Source: Longimicrobiales bacterium
Lineage (GTDB): Bacteria > Gemmatimonadota > Gemmatimonadetes > Longimicrobiales > Gaopeijiaceae
Length of the DNA stretch: 64,000 bases
Assembly (NCBI GenBank): GCA_965219445.1
Contig: CBDCNQ010000001.1
Coordinates: 1 to 64,000 of the forward strand
Reading direction: 5' to 3'
Below the pieces are notes generated by a model that searched no databases, was not told the DNA's origin, and saw nothing but the letters and a program-made list of their open reading frames with translations. Made by a program: the position numbers and the translations under genes. This document shows positions 1 to 9,526 of the stretch, in pieces (the stretch's first letter is position 1; each line of letters begins with the position of its first letter).

Positions 1-97
1 CCCGGGACGCTCCACCACCGAAGACGATGTGAATCACGCGGCCGAGGCGACGCTGAGGGTACTGGAACGCGTTAGGAGTGTTGAGGTGAGAGCGTGA
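1..97 (+). CDS. 3' end of a probable cysteine desulfurase (IscS/NifS family), partial
   Basis: Frame 2 reads PGRSTTEDDVNHAAEATLRVLERVR..., resembling the IscS C-terminus; stop TGA at 95-97; directly upstream of mnmA. Confidence 0.6.
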   Translation, partial: PGRSTTEDDVNHAAEATLRVLERVRSVEVRA

Positions 98-116
98 ACA
101 ACTCGGCGATACGGAC

Positions 117-1301
117 GTGAACGGTCGGCGGATCCTGGTCGCCATGTCGGGCGGCGTAGATTCCTCGGTGGCGGCTGCGCTTCTCGTCCAACAGGGGTAC
201 GACGTGCTGGGTGCCACGATGAAGACGTTCTGCTACTCCGGCGACGAAGCGCACTCCAAGACGTGTTGCGGACTCGACGGTATCAACGACGCCCGCCGTG
301 TGTCGGACACCCTCGGCATCCCCCATTACGTGTTCGACGTGGAGGAGGACTTCACCCGCGACGTGATCGAGGACTTCGTCTCAGAGTACGCCCGTGGCCG
401 CACGCCAAACCCGTGCGTGCGCTGCAACTCCAACACGAAGTTCCAGGATCTGATGGAACGGGGGCGCCTCTTGGGTTGTGATGGGATCGCCTCCGGTCAT
501 TATGTTCGGATCGATCACTCGAACCGTGCCGCTCCGGCCCTCTACCGGGGTGTCGATGCCTCGAAGGATCAATCCTACTTCCTTTGGGGCCTACCCACGG
601 AGATGCTGCCCCTTCTCCATTTTCCTCTTGGGGAGCTGACGAAGCCGCGGGTCCGGGAGCAGGCGCGGGCGCTCGGCCTTGTCACGGCCGACAAGCCGGA
701 GTCGCAGGAGATCTGTTTCGTGCCCACCGGAGACTATCGCGATCTCCTTGAGAAAAGGCTCGCGACTTATCATCCAGCCCTCGAGCCGGGCCTGATCGTA
801 ACACGTGATGGCGCTGTCCTCGGTGAGCACTCGGGGTACGCCAATTTCACGGTTGGCCAGCGTAAGGGACTGGGCGGGGGCTTTGACCAGCCCCTCTACG
901 TGATCGAGATCCGGGCGGACTCTCGCGAAGTCGTGGTGGGCACGGCCGAAGAAGGTGCGTCCGGGGGCGTCGAGATCGGTGAGGTGAACTGGCTGGCGAC
1001 ACCTCCCCCGGAGGACTCACCCATTCTTGTACAAATCCGGTACCGCGCCGCGGCCGTTCCAGCGACGGTGCGCTCGACAGATGGGCGGGTGATCCTGGCG
1101 TTCGACGAACCCCAGCGAGCCGTGACGCCGGGACAGTCAGCTGTTTTCTTCGAGGATGAACGGGTTCTCGGGGGCGGCCGGATCGAACGTGCCTTGGTCA
1201 ACGTAAGGCCTGTTGAAGAAGCCCCTAGTGCTTCAGCCCGGAGGATGAGGCGAACTCCTCCATGGCCTGCCGCTGGTCGTCCGTCAACGTCTCGGGGATA
1301 G
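117..1301 (+). CDS. mnmA: tRNA 2-thiouridine(34) synthase MnmA
   Basis: AMSGGVDSS PP-loop, TPNPCVRCN, KDQSYFL, ESQEIC, AVTPGQ; the true stop may be earlier (about 1206). Confidence 0.96.
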   Translation: MNGRRILVAMSGGVDSSVAAALLVQQGYDVLGATMKTFCYSGDEAHSKTCCGLDGINDARRVSDTLGIPHYVFDVEEDFTRDVIEDFVSEYARGRTPNPCVRCNSNTKFQDLMERGRLLGCDGIASGHYVRIDHSNRAAPALYRGVDASKDQSYFLWGLPTEMLPLLHFPLGELTKPRVREQARALGLVTADKPESQEICFVPTGDYRDLLEKRLATYHPALEPGLIVTRDGAVLGEHSGYANFTVGQRKGLGGGFDQPLYVIEIRADSREVVVGTAEEGASGGVEIGEVNWLATPPPEDSPILVQIRYRAAAVPATVRSTDGRVILAFDEPQRAVTPGQSAVFFEDERVLGGGRIERALVNVRPVEEAPSASARRMRRTPPWPAAGRPSTSRG

Positions 1302-2340
1302 TCACCTCCACCTCGACGATCTGGTCCCCAACGCGCTCCCCTTTTTCGATGCCCTGTCCACGAATGCGGAGCTTCGTTCCACTTTGTGTGCCGGGTGGAA
1401 TACGGAGGTGCACCTTCTTACCGTAAACCGTTCTGACCGCCATCTTCGAGCCGAGCGTGGCCTGGACGAGATTGACCGGTATGGTCACGTAAACGTCGAG
1501 CCCCTCGCGGCGGAAGAAGTCGTGTGGCTTGATCTTGAACGTGATGATCAGGTCCCCGGGTTTTCCACCCCGGCTCCCCCGCTCACCCTTGCCGGAAAGG
1601 CGGACCTTCCCGCCGGACTCGACACCTTTCGGCACGCTGATCTTGAAGCGCCGATTCTGGCGCACCGTTCCGCTCCCGCTACAGGCTTTGCACGGTGACT
1701 CCGGAATCTGTCCCCGACCGAAGCACGCCGGACACGGCCGATTGACCGCGAAGCCTCCTTGGCCGAAAGAGATCGCTCCGGTGCCGTTACATTCACCGCA
1801 CTGCCTGGTCCTCGTCCCCGGGGATGAGCCCGATCCTCCGCAGGCGGCGCACTCCTCGGTAATCGGCACGTCGATGGAAATCTTGCCTCCCTTGGCGGCG
1901 GTAAGGAAGGAGATCTCCACCATGTACTCGATACTGCGCCCCTTCGCGGGTCCTCTAGGTTTTTCCGGCTCTCCGGACTTGGGTCTCCGATCGAAGATAG
2001 AGCTGAAGATGTCCCCGAGCCCACCGAATCCCTCGAGGTCCTCGAAAGAGAATCCGCCGCTCGCTTCGGGACCGCCACCTCCCGGCGCTCCCCGCCCGCG
2101 ACCGAATCCGAAGTTGGGAATTCGGCGCATCTGGTCGTAGTGCTTGCGTTTCTCGGGGTCTGAGAGCACCGCGTAGGCCTCTCCGATCCCCTTGAAGCGT
2201 TCGACCGCCTTCGCGTCCCCCGGTTTTGCGTCCGGATGGTACTTCTTCGCCAATGCCCGGTAGGCCGACTTGATTTCGGCCTGGCTGGCCTTCTCCGAAA
2301 CGCCGAGCGTCTTGTAGAAGTCCTTGGTCCCTGTCGCCAC
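1225..2340 (-). CDS. dnaJ: Chaperone DnaJ
   Basis: J domain with HPD, G/F-rich region, four CxxCxGxG repeats. Confidence 0.97.
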   Translation of the reverse strand: MATGTKDFYKTLGVSEKASQAEIKSAYRALAKKYHPDAKPGDAKAVERFKGIGEAYAVLSDPEKRKHYDQMRRIPNFGFGRGRGAPGGGGPEASGGFSFEDLEGFGGLGDIFSSIFDRRPKSGEPEKPRGPAKGRSIEYMVEISFLTAAKGGKISIDVPITEECAACGGSGSSPGTRTRQCGECNGTGAISFGQGGFAVNRPCPACFGRGQIPESPCKACSGSGTVRQNRRFKISVPKGVESGGKVRLSGKGERGSRGGKPGDLIITFKIKPHDFFRREGLDVYVTIPVNLVQATLGSKMAVRTVYGKKVHLRIPPGTQSGTKLRIRGQGIEKGERVGDQIVEVEVTIPETLTDDQRQAMEEFASSSGLKH

Positions 2341-2349
2341 GACTCTCGC

Positions 2350-2970
2350 CTATTCGTGTTTGAAGACGGTGACTCGGGCGGGTCGTACGAGGTGGCCTTT
2401 AAAGCTGTACCCTTTCTGGAATACGTCCTGTACTCGTTGATCCTGCTCGGGATCCTCGGTCGGCACACCCGCCATGGCCTCCATGATGTTGGGGTCGAAG
2501 GGCTCGCCGGCCGGGTCGATCATCTCCACACCCGCGGCCTCGAGGGCCTGCCGGAACTTCCGCTCAACGGCGTCGACACCCTCGACCAAAGCCTCCACCG
2601 TGGTGCTCTCGGCCTGCCACGCGCCGACACGCTGCAAATCATCCAAGCCGTCGACGAAACTCCGGAGCATGTCGGCTTGGCCTCGAGCCCACGCCTCGGA
2701 CAACTCGCTCTCAGCGCGGCGACGATAGTTCGTAAACTCTGCGACTAAACGAAGATGACGATCGTTGACGGCGGTGAGCTCCTTCTGCATATGGTCGAGA
2801 TCGTCCGACAGCGCGGCCTCAGCCTCCTGCTCCTCGATTTCCTCGGGTGAGGCATGATCCCCGGAAGGGGTCTCGATCGATGGCTCCGGCGTCGTAGAGG
2901 CGCCCTCCTCCATCACGTCAGCGTCGGAAGTCGTGATCTCTTCGGGTGTGTTTGTTTTCTTCTTACCCAT
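2350..2970 (-). CDS. grpE: Nucleotide exchange factor GrpE
   Basis: LRLVAEFTNYRRR, PFDPNIMEA, QKGYSFKGHLVRPARV; start placed at MGKKK. Confidence 0.95.
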   Translation of the reverse strand: MGKKKTNTPEEITTSDADVMEEGASTTPEPSIETPSGDHASPEEIEEQEAEAALSDDLDHMQKELTAVNDRHLRLVAEFTNYRRRAESELSEAWARGQADMLRSFVDGLDDLQRVGAWQAESTTVEALVEGVDAVERKFRQALEAAGVEMIDPAGEPFDPNIMEAMAGVPTEDPEQDQRVQDVFQKGYSFKGHLVRPARVTVFKHE

Positions 2971-3085
2971 CGTGGCCTTGTCATCCCCTGTATGGCGGCG
3001 GTCTGTCCGACCAGTGTCCGTGAATTTACTGCTTATCCGGCCCTTCGGGAGCCCCGACTCAAGTACGGAATGGACGGGAGAGGAC

Positions 3086-4354
3086 TCAAGGCCCGTCGGC
3101 CAACATTTCGTAGAGGAGAAGCAGTGCTGCCTGGGTCGCCCGTTCACGGACCGCCTCACGATCCCCGCTGAAGACTCGGTGTGACGTCTGCACACGTCCC
3201 TTCACAGCCACGGCGAGCCACACTGTACCTACGGGTTTCTCCTCGGTACCTCCCCCAGGCCCAGCGATTCCCGTGACCCCGACGCCGACGTCGGTGTCCA
3301 TAAGGTCGGCGACACCACGGGCCATGCCGGCCGCCACAACCTCCGAAACCGCTCCGCTCTCGGTGAGCACCGCCTCTTCGACGCCGAGCAAATCGAGTTT
3401 GACACGATCAGCATACGCGATCACTCCCCCCCGGAAGTAATTCGAAGAGCCGGGGAAATCGGTGATTCTCTTTGCCATGAGCCCGCCCGTACAGCTCTCG
3501 GCCACCGCCAATGTGCGTAATCCACTCGTCAGAACGTCGGCGACGGCCTCGACCAGGTCGCCCTTCTCCATCCCGATGCGGTAGGGCGCCACGATGGGGT
3601 CCAGAAGCGCCTGTGCTTGGTCCAACAACTTTGCGGCCCCCTCCGTCGGTGACCGCGTCGAGATTCGTATCGAAATCCCCCGAAGGCCCGGAAGAAACGC
3701 AAGATCAACCTCTCCTGGGAGCTCTGCCCGTACCTCATCGACGCGCTCGCCGAGTACGGACTCCGGAACCCCGGTCGTGTGGAGTGTCCGGTGGACGAGA
3801 GGCACCAGACGAGCTTCGAACCGATCGGTGATGACACTCTCGAGTACGTCCTCGAAGATCCCCCGCATTTCCCGAGGCACCCCGGGCAGAAGTGCCACGG
3901 ACCGGCCCGCGTGCTCCATCAGGAGCCCCGGTGCGGTCCCAAGCGCATTGGCCAGCACCAGAGCCCCGTGTGGCACCTCGGCTTGGGAAAGATTGTTCGC
4001 AGGAAGATCCGGAAACCCACGCACGCGAAACCGCTCCCGCAGGTTTTCGACGATTTGAGGATCGGACCGAAGCTCGAGGCCTAGAAAATCCGCGACGGCG
4101 GTCCGCGTCAGATCATCGCGGGTCGGTCCGAGTCCACCTGTAATGATGACCAGGTCAGCCACTACCAGAGCCGCCGAGAGTGCTGCCTGAATCGCCTCCG
4201 CGTCGTCTCCTACGACCCACCGCTGAACGACGGGAGCACCGAGGGACGCCAGCCTTCTGCCCAGCCAAGACCCGTTCGTGTCCGTGCTCTCGCCGGAGAG
4301 AAGCTCCTCACCGACGGTGACGACGGCAGCCGTGACCGGCTCGTTTCGGGACAC
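3086..4354 (-). CDS. cinA: Competence/damage-inducible protein CinA (MocF-like domain plus NMN deamidase PncC)
   Basis: VGEELLSG..DTN, TGGLGPTRDD, AESCTGG, TGIAGPGGG. Confidence 0.95.
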   Translation of the reverse strand: MSRNEPVTAAVVTVGEELLSGESTDTNGSWLGRRLASLGAPVVQRWVVGDDAEAIQAALSAALVVADLVIITGGLGPTRDDLTRTAVADFLGLELRSDPQIVENLRERFRVRGFPDLPANNLSQAEVPHGALVLANALGTAPGLLMEHAGRSVALLPGVPREMRGIFEDVLESVITDRFEARLVPLVHRTLHTTGVPESVLGERVDEVRAELPGEVDLAFLPGLRGISIRISTRSPTEGAAKLLDQAQALLDPIVAPYRIGMEKGDLVEAVADVLTSGLRTLAVAESCTGGLMAKRITDFPGSSNYFRGGVIAYADRVKLDLLGVEEAVLTESGAVSEVVAAGMARGVADLMDTDVGVGVTGIAGPGGGTEEKPVGTVWLAVAVKGRVQTSHRVFSGDREAVRERATQAALLLLYEMLADGP

Positions 4355-4360
4355 ACGCAG

Positions 4361-5002
4361 TCAATCCCTAAAGCCCATCAGGCCACGGTAGCTCCACAGG
4401 TAGTCCACCATGGAGTAGATCGTGAGGATGACCGCGAGACCGAGGGTCACGCCGATCCAGGCTGAATGGATCTGTGCAAAGGCCCTGTAAGCCAGGTTGT
4501 CGAGTCCCCTGCCGGAAGCGATATCCCGCAAAGGGTACCAAAGCAAGAGCCCACCCGAAAACAGGTTCTGGAGAAAGACCTTGTACTTACCGGAGGTCCC
4601 CGCGGCGATCACCACATCCTGCCGAACGGCCCACTGCCTGAAGAGCGTGACCAGAAGCTCCCTTCCCAAAATCACGATCAACACCCACATCGGAAGCATG
4701 CCCCACCAGGGAATCAACCCCTCTTCCCCGCCCCGGTGTGAAATGATGTAGAACGGGATCAGCGTCGAAACCAGCAGCAGCTTATCAGCCAGGGGATCGA
4801 GCAGCTTGCCCACATCCGTGACCCAGCCGTGCTTTCGTGCCAGATATCCGTCCCAGAGGTCGGACAACGCCGCCCCGACGAAAAGGATGAAGGCCGCCAA
4901 CCGTGCACTCACGGAGGGTGAGAGGGCCAGAAAAAAAATCGCCGGACAGGCTACGATTCGGCCGACCGTGATCGCATTCGGAAGGTTACGACTCCCTTCC
5001 AT
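4361..5002 (-). CDS. pgsA: CDP-alcohol phosphatidyltransferase (PGP synthase)
   Basis: NLPNAIT; DLWDGYLARK...GKLLDPLADK signature. Confidence 0.9.
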   Translation of the reverse strand: MEGSRNLPNAITVGRIVACPAIFFLALSPSVSARLAAFILFVGAALSDLWDGYLARKHGWVTDVGKLLDPLADKLLLVSTLIPFYIISHRGGEEGLIPWWGMLPMWVLIVILGRELLVTLFRQWAVRQDVVIAAGTSGKYKVFLQNLFSGGLLLWYPLRDIASGRGLDNLAYRAFAQIHSAWIGVTLGLAVILTIYSMVDYLWSYRGLMGFRD

Positions 5003-5009
5003 GGTGGCC

Positions 5010-5589
5010 TCAGCTAAGAGCCTGAACGACCATCTTGCTGACCGCGCCCAGCGTCTCGAAGACCCCCTGGCCCTCGATCGCTACGCCCTCGAAATCGGGC
5101 ACTCCCATGGGGTTGAGCTGCGATCTGAGATCGCCCATGACCATGGCGTTGGGCAGATCTCGCTTGTTGTATTGCATCGCGAACGGGATGTTCGTGAGAT
5201 CGTAACCGTAGGACTCCAGGTTTTCGTAGAGATTGTGCATGGCCTCGATATTCGCCTCCATACGCTCCGCCTGTGAGTCCGCTACGAAGATTACTCCGTC
5301 GACACCCTTCAAGATCAGCTTGCGACTCGCGTTGTAGTACACCTGACCCCGGGACCGTATATAGGTGAAACCGAGTCTTGAAGCCCTTCACCTCACCGAG
5401 ATCGATCGGGAGAAAGTCGAAGAACAGCGTCCGCTCGGTCTCCGTAGCTAAGGAGATCATCTTGCCTTTCGCGTCGGGATTTACCTTCGAGTACACGTAT
5501 TCCAAGTTGGTGGTTTTTCCACCCAACCCAGTGCCGTAATAGACGATCTTACAGTTGATTTCCCGGCTGGCGTAGTTGATCAGGGACAT
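5010..5589 (-). pseudogene. mglA: MglA-family small GTPase split by a +1 frameshift (possibly an assembly error)
   Basis: [29 protein letters not shown] and YTVPG in one frame; [15 protein letters not shown] and QYNKRD in the next; extra base in the C4 run at 5347-5350. Confidence 0.9.
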
Positions 5590-5779
5590 GAAGGGCTACG
5601 CTCTCCTCCGGTATGGCGAGTCGATCACTCCCTTCAGAGGGTCCCCCACAATCTCTAGCCCCCGCACGGAACCAAAGTTGGATTGTTGCGCTACTCGAGG
5701 CGGCGACAAAGATGGGCCGTTCCCCCCATCTGGGGAAGAAAACGGTAAGGTCGGGTACACAGACATGAAGGGCAACCTA

Positions 5780-6082
5780 TCAGGCGGACAGGACGGGACC
5801 CATCGCGTCCCGCTCCATCCGTTGCACGATAGCCTGGGCACGCCGGCGGAGTGCTTCTCGTGACTCCCAAGTGACGAAGTCTTTCATCAAGTTGATGTGG
5901 TCCACGGTGGCTTCGGCCTTGGCCATGTATCCCAGAGCGGCAAGACGCCGAAAGAAGGAAGGGCTGAAAAGGTCTCGGCTATGCCTCTGCATCTGATCAC
6001 GAATCACCCACGCGGCCACAGCCCCCGCGGCTGCCGCCGCCAGTACCGCAATGCCGGCATTCCTTGTCTTCCTGTCCATCAC
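5780..6082 (-). CDS. Hypothetical membrane-anchored protein (possibly HEAT-like)
   Basis: N-terminal hydrophobic helix, RRLAALGY motif; abuts recR. Confidence 0.7.
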   Translation of the reverse strand: MMDRKTRNAGIAVLAAAAAGAVAAWVIRDQMQRHSRDLFSPSFFRRLAALGYMAKAEATVDHINLMKDFVTWESREALRRRAQAIVQRMERDAMGPVLSA

Positions 6083-6676
6083 CTACATCTCCCGTCGCCC
6101 CGCCAGAGCCTCGACAATCGTGGAACCGTCGACGTACTCCAGCTCGCTCCCCACCGGAAGGCCGCGTGCCAAACGGGATACTCTCGGCCCCAGGGGGCGG
6201 ATCACTCCCTCCAAGTAAACAGCGGTGGCCTCTCCTTCCACGCTCGAGTTCGTGGCCACGATAACCTCCTTTACCGCCCCATCAGACGCCCGAATCCGCT
6301 CCAATAGCGGCATGACGTTGATCTCGTCGGGACCGATTCCATCCAACGGCGAAAGCCGGCCGCCGAGCACATGATACAGGCCCCTATATACCGCCGTCCT
6401 CTCGATCGCTCCGACCTCGTACGCCTCCTCAATGACGCAGATGATGGCCTGGTCCCGGTTCGGATCCGAGCAAATCTCGCATTGCGCTGATTCCGTAAAA
6501 TTCCCGCACACCTCGCACGGACCGATCTTCTCAGCCAACTCGCGAATCGCCGCGGCGAGGCCGAACGCCTCCTCACGAGGCCGTTTCAGCAGGTAATATC
6601 CGAACCGTTGGGCCGTCTTGGACCCCACGCCTGGAAGCCGCGAGAATTCCGTTATGAGTTGTTGGATGACCGACAC
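6083..6676 (-). CDS. recR: Recombination mediator RecR
   Basis: LPGVGSKTAQR HhH, CxxC..CxxC zinc finger, TOPRIM VEGEATA. Confidence 0.97.
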   Translation of the reverse strand: MSVIQQLITEFSRLPGVGSKTAQRFGYYLLKRPREEAFGLAAAIRELAEKIGPCEVCGNFTESAQCEICSDPNRDQAIICVIEEAYEVGAIERTAVYRGLYHVLGGRLSPLDGIGPDEINVMPLLERIRASDGAVKEVIVATNSSVEGEATAVYLEGVIRPLGPRVSRLARGLPVGSELEYVDGSTIVEALAGRREM

Positions 6677-6751
6677 TAAAAACTAACAGGTAGGCGGAGG
6701 ACCCGGGGGGACTTTTTTGAGGAACACGACGCGTCCAGATGGTCCAAGGTA

Positions 6752-7069
6752 CTAGAAAAGGCCAGGTAATTGGATCGGCATCCCGCCTGCGGCCTTTCGC
6801 ATGTCTTCCTCATATTGGCCCTGAGCCTTACCCTGAGCTTCGGTTACCGCAGCCATCACCAGGTCCTCGAGCATCTCCACGTCACGCGGATCCACCACCG
6901 TGGGATCGATCACGATCCGGGTTACGGTACCCTTCCCGTCGACGGTCGCCGTCACCATTCCCCCGCCGGACGAAGCAGAGATTTCACGTGCTGAAAGCTC
7001 TTCTTGTAACTGGGCCATCCGCGCCTGGAGCTGCTGGCCCATCTGCATGAGCTGTTGAATGTCCGTCAT
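6752..7069 (-). CDS. ybaB: YbaB/EbfC nucleoid-associated protein
   Basis: SGGGMVTATVDG, DVEMLEDLVMAA; dnaX-ybaB-recR synteny. Confidence 0.93.
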   Translation of the reverse strand: MTDIQQLMQMGQQLQARMAQLQEELSAREISASSGGGMVTATVDGKGTVTRIVIDPTVVDPRDVEMLEDLVMAAVTEAQGKAQGQYEEDMRKAAGGMPIQLPGLF

Positions 7070-7100
7070 CGTCAAATCCCTGCCTTGCAACGTGTTGGAA

Positions 7101-8750
7101 TCAATCTAGTAACTCCAGGTCGAGTTCGTCTACCGCGTGTTGGAGACGTGGTTCCCGCTTGATCAGCCCCTTCATCCTGTCATTTCGAACCGCCTCGGGG
7201 CTGATACGCTCGCGTCTCTGAGGCGTCCCATCGCCGGAGGCCCGAACCACAATCTCTGGCTCCGCATTCATCAACCCCCCTAGCGCCTTTTGAAGGGTTC
7301 TTCGGGCCGAGGGGTCTTCGAGGCGTTCCAGACCCGGTCCGGCGGGAAGTTCGATGACCACGACGCCCTCGGTCTCGGCGTGGGCGACCGTGGCGGCCCT
7401 GAGAAAGGGACGCATCCCGTTGGGAACGCCCGTGCCTTGCTCGACCAACAGACCCCAGGCATCCGCCGCCGTCAGTGCGCTGGAGGGTTTCTGAGCGGAG
7501 GCCACCTCAGGCGTCTGGGGAGCCACCGTGGCCGGCTCCGAGAGCGGTTCGTCCGCGGATGCCGCGCCGGACGAAGACCCCCGCGGTGCACCCTCCGGTG
7601 GAGGGCTCCCCCCGAGACCGGCAAGCAACTCCCCCAGCTCAATCGTCCGATCCACATAGCTTATGCGAAGCAGCAACATCTCGAGCACCACCTGAGGATT
7701 TGGGCTCCGGCGAAGGCTTCCGGAACTCTCGACGTCAGATGCCAACGCAAGCATCCGAGTCAGGTCCGCCGGGCTGAACGGAGCAAGCCTGGCCTTGAAA
7801 GCGTCACGAGTATCGGCGTCGAGATCCGGTGGAGTTCCTCCCAGCGACATCCTCAGGAGGGCCCGAAGCGAGTCCACCAGGCCGTGGTAAAATTCGACCA
7901 GGTCGTACCCCTGGTCGAGCAGCCGCTCGACGAACCCGAAGACCTCGCCATGTTTCCCCTCGGCCCAAACGTCTAAGAGCTCTACGTAGCGCTCGTTATC
8001 GACCAGGCCCAGTACCCGGCGCACCGAGTCCTGACTGATTTCCCCGCCAGTGAGGGCAATAACTTGATCCAAGAGAGAGAGAGCGTCTCTCATTCCTCCG
8101 TCGGCCTTCCGCGCGATGGTTCTGAGAGCATCTTCCGGTGCGGGAAATCCCTCCTCCTCAAGCACGGTAGCCAGGCGGGCCATGATGTCGGCAATGCCGA
8201 TGCGCCGGAAATCAAATCGCTGGCAACGCGACAGAATCGGAGCCGCGGTCTGCTGGATCTTCTGTGGCTCCGTGGTCGCGAACACGAATATCACTCGCGG
8301 TGGCGGCTCTTCGAGGATCTTCAACAGTGCGTTCCAAGCCTCGCGCGTGAGCATGTGGGCCTCATCCACGATGTAGACCTTGTAACTGCCCTCCTGCGAA
8401 GGGGCATACATCGCCCGCTCACGCAGTTGCCTCGCATCGTCGACACCTCGGTTCGAAGCGGCGTCGATCTCGACCACGTCTAGCGCGGTCTGCCCGCTCC
8501 AAATTCTGGTGCAGCTCGCACATTCCCCGCAGGGCTCCCCCGAATCTCCCCGAGCTGAGCAATTGAGGGACATTGCGAGCATACGGGCAAGCGTGGTCTT
8601 GCCAACCCCCCGGGGACCACAGAAAAGGTATGCGTGACCCACCCGGCCGTCTGATACGGCCCGGCGGAGCGTTTCGGAGACATGTTCCTGGGTAGTGACA
8701 TCGGCGAACTGCCGCGGTCTATATTTTCGAGCTAACGCCGTGTGGGACAA
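7101..8750 (-). CDS. dnaX: DNA polymerase III subunit gamma/tau
   Basis: ALARKYRP, GPRGVGKTT, DAASNRGVDD, DEAHML, SRCQRF; TTG start at 8750, because the longer ORF call runs into the SRP RNA. Confidence 0.96.
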   Translation of the reverse strand: MSHTALARKYRPRQFADVTTQEHVSETLRRAVSDGRVGHAYLFCGPRGVGKTTLARMLAMSLNCSARGDSGEPCGECASCTRIWSGQTALDVVEIDAASNRGVDDARQLRERAMYAPSQEGSYKVYIVDEAHMLTREAWNALLKILEEPPPRVIFVFATTEPQKIQQTAAPILSRCQRFDFRRIGIADIMARLATVLEEEGFPAPEDALRTIARKADGGMRDALSLLDQVIALTGGEISQDSVRRVLGLVDNERYVELLDVWAEGKHGEVFGFVERLLDQGYDLVEFYHGLVDSLRALLRMSLGGTPPDLDADTRDAFKARLAPFSPADLTRMLALASDVESSGSLRRSPNPQVVLEMLLLRISYVDRTIELGELLAGLGGSPPPEGAPRGSSSGAASADEPLSEPATVAPQTPEVASAQKPSSALTAADAWGLLVEQGTGVPNGMRPFLRAATVAHAETEGVVVIELPAGPGLERLEDPSARRTLQKALGGLMNAEPEIVVRASGDGTPQRRERISPEAVRNDRMKGLIKREPRLQHAVDELDLELLD

Positions 8751-8843
8751 CGCTTTACGGTTCCCCGAGGGGTGGTGCGGAGATCCGGCACGGCGCCACT
8801 TGTGGCACGCGGTCGGTTGAGACGCCGCACGAGAAGCCAAAAA

Positions 8844-8944
8844 ATGCCCCAGGCGACCCGCAGCAACGATCACCACACTTACCGCTGCTACCGGCAAGGT
8901 CCTGACGGAGTTCGTGGGCTTTCGCCCTACGGACCTGGGGCACC
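8844..8944 (-). ncRNA. ffs: Signal recognition particle RNA (4.5S)
   Basis: Long hairpin with paired ends GGUGCCCCAGG/CCUGGGGCAU and the helix-8 motif UCAGG...AGCAGC; classic position upstream of dnaX. Confidence 0.9.
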
Positions 8945-9041
8945 TGAAAGTTAGACCGGGACGAAAGGAGCGTCAACGTGGCATAAGCACGCAAAAGGTG
9001 GCTATGAAGTAGGGATGACAGCGGGTTTCAGGACCTCTGAA

Positions 9042-9401
9042 TCACTCGGTCCACGCACCCTCGACGTGCACTATTTCATGGGCCCCACCGGGCATCAGTC
9101 GTACCGAAACGGCGTCGAAGCGGTACGATCGCGCCTTGAAATCGCTCCTGGCGATCCACGCGGTGGCGGCAAGGGAAATCGCATGGCGCTTTCTCCAGGT
9201 GATGGCCTCCAGGGGATGACCGAACGCGGGCCCGCAGCGTCCTTTTACCTCCACAAACGCGACGAGTCCATCCTTTTCCACAACGAGGTCGAGCTCCTTG
9301 CGGAGAAAACGGACATTACGATCGAGGACCCGCCAACCCCTTTCCTTCAAGAGGGCCTCGGCCAGCGCTTCGAAACGGCGTCCACGGCGTACGGTATTCA
9401 A
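9042..9401 (-). CDS. yraN: YraN/UPF0102 family nuclease-like protein
   Basis: GRRFEALA, ELDLV, FVEVK, YRFDAV. Confidence 0.88.
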   Translation of the reverse strand: MNTVRRGRRFEALAEALLKERGWRVLDRNVRFLRKELDLVVEKDGLVAFVEVKGRCGPAFGHPLEAITWRKRHAISLAATAWIARSDFKARSYRFDAVSVRLMPGGAHEIVHVEGAWTE

Positions 9402-9526
9402 GAATGAAAACTGGTGCTTCGGGCCGGAGGGGACACATCCACAGCCTAGCTTTGCCGCAGCGAGGGGGCGAAGCCATGGTAAGGCGAGCCCATCCGCCAC
9501 AACCCACTGTGTTCTGGAACACCACG

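Noticed and set aside
2971..3085. CIRCE operator before grpE-dnaJ
   Set aside because: No TTAGCACTC-N9-GAGTGCTAA is present
8751..8897. 5' extension of dnaX
   Set aside because: It overlaps the SRP RNA; homology starts at SHTALARKYRP
9410..9525. Possible structured RNA between aroF and yraN
   Set aside because: Pairings are mostly G-U and expected at this GC content; too short for 6S RNA and no known motif
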